Assembly: GCA_051294375.1 (NCBI GenBank)
Contig: CM119268.1
Span: forward strand, 16,045,528-16,109,527
Source: Paraspadella gotoi
Lineage: Eukaryota; Animalia; Chaetognatha
Reading direction: 5' to 3'
Length of the DNA stretch: 64,000 nt
Every line of letters begins with the position of its first letter. Within the stretch, counting starts at the first letter, position 1. Positions 55,232-64,000 of the stretch are shown here, piece after piece. Below the pieces are notes generated by a model. It did not search any database, was not told the DNA's origin, and saw nothing but the letters and a program-made list of their open reading frames with translations. Made by a program: the position numbers and the translations under genes.

Positions 55232-56295
55232 TGAGAGAGAAAAAGGAATATAAGAGGAATATAAAGAAAGAGAAAGGAAAGATAGGCAAATAAGAGAGAG
55301 AAAGGATGAAGAAGACGAACGCGGGAAAGAGGGAGAGAAGAATTCGCGACGAGAGGATATAAAAAAATGAGAGCCAGCACCTGCGACGAGTATTTAAGGA
55401 ATCGACAAGAGAAAAACAGATAAGAGCGAAAATAAAGAGAAACTGAGCTTAAAAGTAAGAAAAAAGCGGAAACTAAACAAGAGGCAGTCAAGGTGTGAAT
55501 ACCGAAGAAATCGATAATATTAAGCAAAATGAAACGTGCGAATCAGAGGATGCTACGTTGTTGTGTTGTCGTCCTCTTACTATGCACAACAAGGTGGTCG
55601 AATTACTAATCCCCTATACGCGATTCATTAATAACTTAATAAAACCATTATGGCGTCGTGCAACACGTGAGTACGGGGATCTTATTTAGATACTGAGACC
55701 TCTGGACTCATTGTTAGTATTGGATGCAGAAAGTGGGAAAATATAAAGATCAGAAAAGTATTGGGCCGCTTCCCCCCGAACAAAATATTTCTCGTATTTC
55801 GCGTGACGCGATACCTAAGGAATGATTATATTTCAGAGGTTGAGCCGTTTTTGATTTCTTATAATTTTTATATTTGACGAGTATTTTTATTTAACATATA
55901 AATTATTTTGTTCCCCTGAATTCGTAACAAATTCAGGAAAGAATTGAGGAGTGATGAGTGGAGAAAGATATAAAAAAAAATGTGAGTTGCGTGCTTTCGT
56001 CCTTGGCCATATTAACTGCCATAATCTAAATAACGCTAGTGAGCTTTTATCGTAAAACTAGGAAGAGAAAAATTTACTAAAATAAAAAGTATATTGGGAA
56101 AACAAACATCTAAAGAACATAAACATACGAACCTTCCAGTTTCAAAGCTTGCAGTCAAAATAAAAATTGCCTCTTGTGAGTGAATTGACCCCCGTGGGAA
56201 CGCGAAGTAAATCATCAATNNNNNNNNNNNNNNNNNNNNNNNNNGGAAAAAGGTTAAGTGGTTTTAAATAAGATAGTACGCCTATAAATCAGATA

Positions 56296-56340
<45 letters not shown>

Positions 56341-56676
56341 AGATCGGACGACTATCGGGCGATTTTTAATTGTTTCTGAAGAAAACTGTACTGCGGTTAT
56401 TTTACCATTTGGTTCTCGATAAGTTTGGCCGTTATAAATGAGTCAAAGTTGTTTTAACATCGTAAAATATTCTGCAAATTGGTTCTCAGTCCAAGCATAT
56501 TGGACTTCTTGAATATACTATATTTAATTTCAGTATTACTTAATTATACTTCAGTTAAGGTTAGTGTATCCAAGAAGTTTAATTTTTAATTGATATTTTG
56601 CGCCAAAAAAAAGACCGTAAAATCGATTCTCAATTTAATCCTTTAATTTATGTCGGATGATAAAACGATTTGAGTT

Positions 56677-56708
<32 letters not shown>

Positions 56709-57239
56709 CCCGAGGCTGCTCCCAAGAGGACGTTAGGACGAAAAGATTAGTTGAGAAAATTAGGATTAGAACAATCAAACGTAACCAAATTCTTTGAAAA
56801 CATTTTTAAGTTGAATCAAAGACAAAAGACAAAGAAAATAACGTCGAAAAAACAAGTTCATTTAAAGCAAAATCAAAATTCTTCTTTTGGGTTTTTATTT
56901 TAATGTTATGGCGTCGTCATATTGATTATCATCATCATCATCATCAACATATTTATTGTCATCATCAACATCAACATCATCATCATTTTTTTTCTCATAA
57001 ATGTTCTTTTAAACTTTTTTTATTTTTTGCTCTTTCTTTCTCCAACTTGATGTTATCGTTTTCATCTCCGAATTTTTTTGGACATAATCTAAAATCGGTT
57101 ATAATTTATTTTAATTTACGTTATTTAATTTAATTTAATTTTTATAAGGTTTTCTTAAGCTTCATTGCTGTTGTTGTCGGTGTCTTTGTCGCTATTTTCG
57201 TCTTGGCGCTTTTTGTGGTTGACTTTGATATCGTCGAAA

Positions 57240-57520
57240 TCATCATCTGAATCATCATGAATGTCATAGCCGCGGAAGTCTATGTCATTGTCGTCATCAT
57301 CTTAATCATCATCTTAATCATCATCTTAATCATCATCAACAAAATTCTCATCATCAATCATCATCATCATCATCACCATCATCATCAATCATCATCATCA
57401 TCATCACCATNNNNNNNNNNATCATCATCATCATCGTCTTCGTAGACGTCGTCATCATTGTCGCTATCGTCGGAGTCATCGTCGTCATCTTCAAAATCGT
57501 CCATGTCGTCGTCGTCATCT
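57240..57520. repeat. Degenerate (CAT/GTC)n trinucleotide repeat
   Basis: Direct reading; includes a 10-N gap. Confidence 0.85.
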
Positions 57521-58343
57521 TACTCCTCCGTACGAAAAGGACTTCATTGATGTCAAGGCGCGTACGCAATGGAGGCAGATGGAAGAGAAGGCAGAAGAGG
57601 GGGGAGGATTGATGTAGTGGAGAGAATGCGATGTTGGAGGAAAAGGAGAAAGTGATGGGGTGAGTCCGAGAGAAGTATGGAGATAGAGAAGAAGAGTTTG
57701 ATGGGGTGGATGATTATTAAACAGATGAGATGTACAAAGACGTAGAATTCGATGGAAAATGATTAGAATATATTTTTTTTATAACTTAATTAAAATTGTA
57801 AACCCAAATAATTAGAAAACCAATGATTAGTAGAACAATTCGGTGACAAAGGCAGAGGGAGGAATCTGGAAATAAGTGTCGAGGGCTGGAAGTTCGGAAT
57901 GAGCTTAATAGACAAAGAAGAGAGCAAGTCCAATTAGAGAAAAGAGAATTGCAATAAAAAGGAAGAGCAAATAATGAACGATGCCACCGAAAGAAAGCGA
58001 AAGAAACCTCCAGGGGGAAAGGCAGAGCGCGAGAGAGACGCAACCTGGTCGTCCTTGGAAGGCGAGAGCTGATGAGGTGAGGTGAGACGGTGAGGCTCGA
58101 GAGATGAGGTTAACAAGGATAAGAAAAAGGAAAAACCAAAAGAAATAAAAAGAGGATGAGGAGATGCAATCAAAGCAGATGCAGCCAGATGCGCTGGAGA
58201 CGTCGTGGCCCCGATGTGGATGGGGGAAGTCGAGAAAAAAATAGCGGATTGATCATGATTTAAGAAGTTTGGAAACACAATAAATCTCCTGAAACCCGTT
58301 TTCCCTCTCCTTCTTTCTCGATTTTAAAGGAAGGAAGAGAGAG

Positions 58344-58392
<49 letters not shown>

Positions 58393-58468
58393 ATGAGAAA
58401 ACTACGTGAATCTCTTGAAGAAAAGAGGCAGAGGAATAAAAACTCAGATAGAGAAAGAGAGAGAGCGA

Positions 58469-58516
<48 letters not shown>

Positions 58517-58615
58517 AAGAGAAGAGAGAGATGAGAAAATACGTGATCCTCTTTGAAAGAAGGCAGAAGGGATAAAACCACGATAGAGAAAAAGAGAGAG
58601 AGAGAGGAGAGAGAG

Positions 58616-58654
<39 letters not shown>

Positions 58655-59863
58655 TCGACCCCAGCTTATCGAGGACCGGGAAAATTTTTTGGGATTAAGT
58701 TTTAAAAGTTCTCAAGTTTTTTATTTAACGGCGACAATCACTGGAGACGACGAGTGAAGTGAGAAGAGATTAGATTTCCCTCGTGACTCTCGGATTCTCC
58801 GTCGAGACTCCAGTCACGGTGAAGTCTGGTGAAGGCTGGTGGGGCGGTCGAACTGAGTGCCTCCGGGTGAGGTCAATGCGGTCACACCCGAACGAGCGAG
58901 TAAAAAACCTTGCCTTTATCCGTCAGCGTGAGGCTGGCATTATATCTGAGAACTTGTGTTTTAAATTTTCAATGCAGTTGCAACATTTAAATTGGAAATG
59001 TCTTTATCCGAAATTGTTTTAGTATTGCCTTGGTAAGTCACCATGGCCGAGTGATAAGGCGGGATGATCGAAAGATTAGTTAATTACGAGTGCATGTACT
59101 ACGTACAAACTTTTTGGTTGACAAATTGTGAAGAACTTAATCTCTAATCCTCATTTTCAGAAAGAGATCCGACTCTCGGGAGGAGAGAAACTCTCATCTC
59201 TTCACTCTTTCACTTACTCGCTCGATCTTGTGATGAAACGTTTCTTGCGAGAAAAAAAAAACAAAGGAGATTAAATAACTCTCTTTGAGATTCTATTTTT
59301 TTTTGTTTGATACGTTTTAACGAATTTGAATTAAGTTAAAACTTGGGTCACATCAATTACGCTGTATAAGACAAAATTCTAAGCGACTCTTATCAAAACC
59401 ATTTATATTCGCCGAAACAAAATTGTTAAATCAAGTTTTCCTTGTAATTTTTTTTATTTAATTTGATTTTGAAAGGCTCGGAATTTCATGATTTTTTTTA
59501 AACAACTTTTCCCACTAACGCCGTCCGTAAACTGAAAGGTTGTACTTAACGGTGCGCGCACTTGGCTTCTCGAAAGACGTAACCTTCGATCACCCCACAA
59601 ATTTCGAGACATGATTCGTCTCGCTCAATGTTTGTTTTCAGGTCTAGACTGGGAAGTGCACTCTCAAAAACCCAGGACAAACGGATATCTTTTTTTAGAC
59701 AAAACCAGAAAAACGAAAATCTTTATGTTCCGAATAACTGACAGAGATATTATCAAAAATTTTAAAATTCCATTGAGATTTTATGAAATTAGTACAACCA
59801 ATATAAAACTTATCCATTATACAACAGTTCTTTATCTGAAGCGATATGAAGCGAAAAATAAAC

Positions 59864-60056
59864 AGATGTGGCGGTATTTTCACACCGCCTCACGTCCACC
59901 ATCGTTCAGCCAATACCATGGTTGCGTTCCATCAAACCTTGAGCGAGATCGTCCTTGGGTAACCGCGCCAGTGACAGGAGGCGTCACTGAGAATCGGAAG
60001 CCCCCAAAGCCAACAGTGAGATGCCCCATCCCAATGGGCATCACAGGCAACCCGGC
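59864..60056 (-). repeat. ~200-nt structured interspersed element, copy 2
   Basis: Reverse complement homologous to 38376-38585; contains three clean hairpins. Confidence 0.75.
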
Positions 60057-62154
60057 ATACAGATTGATTTGCTATCTGAATTATCGTTTAAAATGCGCGG
60101 TAATATATAATTCGTACTTACCTTCAGATTCCCCAATTTTAAGCTTAGTACCCGCGAGACGAGACACTCTCTCCCTCCGGATGTTGGAATCCCCAAGATG
60201 TTGGAATCATCCGGACTTTGGAATTGTGAATAAGGCGCTAATTGGGTTGAATAGTGCTATCGGATAGCTATCCGCAACTTCTTTAACCCCCTCTAGCAAC
60301 CATGGCGTGAGGGTTTTTAAGACCCCTAAGGCGGTTTAATAAATGGGAATGAGCTGATGGTATTACTTAATGAGCCAGCGGCTCACGGCTGAAAACGTTG
60401 TGCTTATAGGTGGGGTGACGACTGAAACACCGAATATTTTCAAGCCTTGGATGTCATTGTAATCCCCTGGCCGTGCAATATTGGGATGTAATAATCCCCC
60501 ATGATATTAGAACCCCAGAATATTTGAATGCCCCTGATGAAGGAATTACCCGGATCTCTGAATCACCCGGATGTTGGAGTTCCTCGACTTTAGCGTGAAA
60601 AGAAGCGTTGACTGGAAACCCGGATGTTCGATCATCAGCTGCTTCGGGTGAAAATCGAATCAAGAGGAAGATTTACGGAAACGAGCAAAAAGTTAAGACT
60701 TCGTAGGGGAAAAAATGATGAAAAAATACGAGTTAAAATCTGCGGAAATGTTGTTAAATAATGTGGTAAAATGAAAAGAGTCGGACTGTGCCTTCTCTTC
60801 TACGCTGCTAGTTGTCTCCATGGCGTGCACTTCTATACCAATTTCGTAAACCAAAGGTTGTTGCAGATAAGAAGAAAAAAAGAATCTGAAGAAGATATTC
60901 TTGTAAAGATGAGGAGGTTGGGGCGGACAGCAAACAAAAAACAAAAAATACCGAGGCGGCAGAGCATGGAGGAGTTGGAANNNNNNNNNNNNNNNNNNNN
61001 NNNNNNNNNNNNNNNNNNNNNNNNNNNNNNNACTTTTTCCTTTCATCCCATGATAAACAAGAAATTGTCAACTGTGAGAGCTGGAGATCCACGAGAGAGT
61101 CGGAGAAATAAAGAAACAAGGAACGGTTAATCCAAGGTGTTGCGCCACATTACTCTTCTTTTTACTGATCATGTCATTAAAGTTTATAAGATTTCTTTAA
61201 AAACAAAAGGCGGCGCCAGTAGTCGCTTACATTTGATTTTTAACAAATGAGCAACAAACTCGAGGCAAGTTATAAGCATTTTTAACGTAAGTGGGACAGN
61301 NNNNNNNNNNNNNNNNNNNNNNNNNNNNNNNNNNNNNNNNNNNNNNNNNNNNNNNNNNNNNNNNNNNNNNNNNNNNNNNNNNNNNNNNNNNNNNNNNNNN
61401 NNNNNNNNNNNNNNNNNNNNNNNNNNNNNNNNNNNNNNNNNNNNNNNNNNNNNNNNNNNNNNNNNNNNNNNNNNNNNNNNNNNNNNNNNNNNNNNNNNNN
61501 NNNNNNNNNNNNNNNNNNNNNNNNNNNNNNNNNNNNNNNNNNNNNNNNNNNNNNNNNNNNNNNNNNNNNNNNNNNNNNNNNNNNNNNNNNNNNNNNNNNN
61601 NNNNNNNNNNNNNNNNNNNNNNNNNNNNNNNNNNNNNNNNNNNNNNNNNNNNNNNNNNNNNNNNNNNNNNNNNNNNNNNNNNNNNNNNNNNNNNNNNNNN
61701 NNNNNNNNNNNNNNNNNNNNNNNNNNNNNNNNNNNNNNNNNNNNNNNNNNNNNNNNNNNNNNNNNNNNNNNNNNNNNNNNNNNNNNNNNNNNNNNNNNNN
61801 NNNNNNNNNNNNNNNNNNNNNNNNNNNNNNNNNNNNNNNNNNNNNNNNNNNNNNNNNNNNNNNNNNNNNNNNNNNNNNNNNNNNNNNNNNNNNNNNNNNN
61901 NNNNNNNNNNNNNNNNNNNNNNNNNNNNNNNNNNNNNNNNNNNNNNNNNNNNNNNNNNNNNNNNNNNNNNNNNNNNNNNNNNNNNNNNNNNNNNNNNNNN
62001 NNNNNNNNNNNNNNNNNNNNNNNNNNNNNNNNNNNNNNNNNNNNNNNNNNNNNNNNNNNNNNNNNNNNNNNNNNNNNNNNNNNNNNNNNNNNNNNNNNNN
62101 NNNNNNNNNNNNNNNNNNNNNNNNNNNNNNNNNNNNNNNNNNNNNNNNNNNNNN

Positions 62155-63010
62155 GGGGGGGGGCAAGGTGAGTAAGTGATGACGGGAGTGAGGAGCGAGA
62201 TACTCTGCGAAGGATAAAACCGATGAAAGGTCAGAGGTCAACCGACTCTCGAAAAAAAAATTANNNNNNNNNNNNNNNNNNNNNNNNNNNNNNNNNNNNN
62301 NNNNNNNNNNNNNNNNNNNNNTCCGTAAGAGTTAACTATAGAATTAAAGTTTTTCTTTTCTTTTTTTCTTTTTCTTTGAAGAGAAAAAGAAAAAGAATGA
62401 AGAAGAAAAAAAAACGTCGATAGGTGAATAAATACAAATAGTTCATAACGGAGGAGAAGCTTTTACTGACCTGCTGTGTAGTTTAACGTTGGCAAAAAGA
62501 TTTTTTTCAATGACCTGGGCTTGGCTGAAATAAGATTCAACATGGAACATATCAAATAACATACAAAAGCTGGGTTTGAAAAATCAGGTTTGGAGAACGG
62601 TGTCGTATCGCATGAAGCTCAAATGCGAAAAAAGGTAATGTATATAAAACGTTGATAAGAAATGGGGCTTAAGGCAACTCGACCCCGAATCGGAAGTTTG
62701 AAGGAAGGTGAAGCGGTGTTGGAGGGGGGGCAAGGTGAGTAGCTGATCGACGGGAGTGAGGACGAGAGTACTCTGGCGAAAAGGATAAAACCGTAAAGGT
62801 CAGAGGTCACCGACTCTCGAAAAAAAAAATTTTACGTTCCAGGTAATTTTTTTCTCTTTTTTTTGTTTTAAAACTCGCGGTTTACCGACAAAAAACACTA
62901 GCGTAAGAGTTTAACTATATGAGATTAAAGGTGTTCTCTTTCTTTTTTTCTGTTTTCCTTTGAGAGAAAGAAAGAAACAAAGAGCGAAGAAGAAAAAAAA
63001 GCGTCGACAA
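62155..63010. repeat. Local duplication (62155-62420 vs 62722-63010) next to gaps; probable artefact
   Basis: gggggggcaaggtgagta...aaggtcagaggtca.cgactctcgaaaaaaaa occurs twice with indel differences. Confidence 0.8.
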
Positions 63011-64000
63011 GACGACTTTTTTCCTTTGAGGAATATTTGTTGGGCGTAAACAATCGTTTTTTGAAAGAGTGGGTAGGAGAGAGAGAGAGAAAAAAAAAGG
63101 AGAAGGAAGAAGAGAAGAGAGAGAGAGAAGAAGAGAGAGAGAGAGAGAGAGCAGAGAAGACGACAAACGTTACGTCTTANNNNNNNNNNNNNNNNNNNNN
63201 NNNNTCTTTTTTCCTCCTCTATCTTTGAAGCAATGTATGACTCTAACCAGAGCAGATACGACAAACGCAGACATCCTCCTCAACCAAAACAACCGCTTAA
63301 AAACAAAACAAAACAGCGTTTGAAAGCAAAAACGACCGGACCCGTTAACCGAGAGAATGACGTGGGTCGTTGTTGTTGTTGTTGTCGTAGTTAATGTTAT
63401 TTGAAGAAGTCTCAGTGTCGGTGAAAGTTTAAAAGTCAATCAAGGAAACTAACCCAGGAGAGAACAATCTAGAAATGACCGTAAAAAAATTTGAAAATGA
63501 TTATGGAGTAACTTATTATAATTATTGATAATAAATTAGATAAAAAATTCACACTATTTGAATTCATGACCGATATTTCGATCCATCTTCAGGGTCAAAT
63601 CTAATATAATTATTATAATCTAATAATTATTATAATGTTTTGATTATTGACAATTTTTTCATTACGGTTTAAACTGGCAATTTTTCTACTGTAGAGATTT
63701 GGCCAAGCGGAAGACCAGCTGCAGTTTTGACTTTCAAAATCCGTCCAATTCTCTTTAATCGCCTAATCGATTTGAAAGATCTCCACGACTGCGTTCTTAT
63801 GCAAATTAGCTTCATCGCGTTTACAAAACGCCCTCGCTGGGCACTCTCTCTCTCTCTCTCTCTGTCTCTCTCTTTGTCTCTTTGTCGTTTCGTAGGTTTT
63901 GCTGTCAGCCCTGTCTGTATCTTTCACGTACTGTCTGTATGTTTTCAGTTGTAATCTCTCTCTCTCTCTCTCTCTCTTCTTCTCGTCGCGCTCTCTCCTC

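Noticed and set aside
59037-59062. tRNA-Leu/Ser-like 5' end (GTCACCATGGCCGAGTGATAAGGCG)
   Set aside because: No B-box, T-arm or acceptor-stem partner; at most a tiny pseudogene fragment.
59611-60267. 218-aa ORF sharing a segment with ORF 38333-38584
   Set aside because: The shared part is the non-coding repeat with mostly non-synonymous differences; the rest is AT-rich filler crossing another repeat motif.

Overview
This is eukaryotic DNA from an invertebrate-like animal draft assembly. It is AT-rich, CpG is visibly common, it is full of (GA)n, (GAAA)n and (GAC/GAT)n microsatellites, and it has many N-gaps, eight of them exactly 25 N. The species cannot be called from the sequence. By manual splicing I can support four protein-coding units. 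(1) The 5' part of an agrin-type gene on the minus strand: a signal/anchor exon plus two exons encoding the agrin N-terminal NtA domain, running off the left edge, with one apparent 1-nt frameshift. (2) A small Cys/Pro-rich gene nested antisense in its intron. (3) A complete 11-exon N-sulfoglucosamine sulfohydrolase (SGSH, 539 aa) on the minus strand, with two CLEAR-type boxes upstream. (4) An unrecognised Ser/Pro/Thr-rich gene of at least 8 phase-compatible exons whose candidate start is only about 120 nt past the SGSH AATAAA, which suggests an operon-like or chimeric-splicing arrangement. The 5-44 kb interval has no convincing coding exons. It holds a TTAA-TSD Kolobok-like MITE seen as both filled and empty sites, a long-TIR MITE, one copy of a two-copy structured ~200-nt element (the other is at ~60 kb) and large duplications beside 25-N gaps that look largely like gap-filling or haplotype artefacts. 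A LINE relic lies at 2.8-4.7 kb. Most ORFs in the supplied track are microsatellite noise. No database search was run, so homology calls rest on recalled family motifs. I found no proven new biological system. The best leads are the SGSH-orphan coupling, the intron-boundary duplications with atypical splice signals, the nested gene and the structured repeat.
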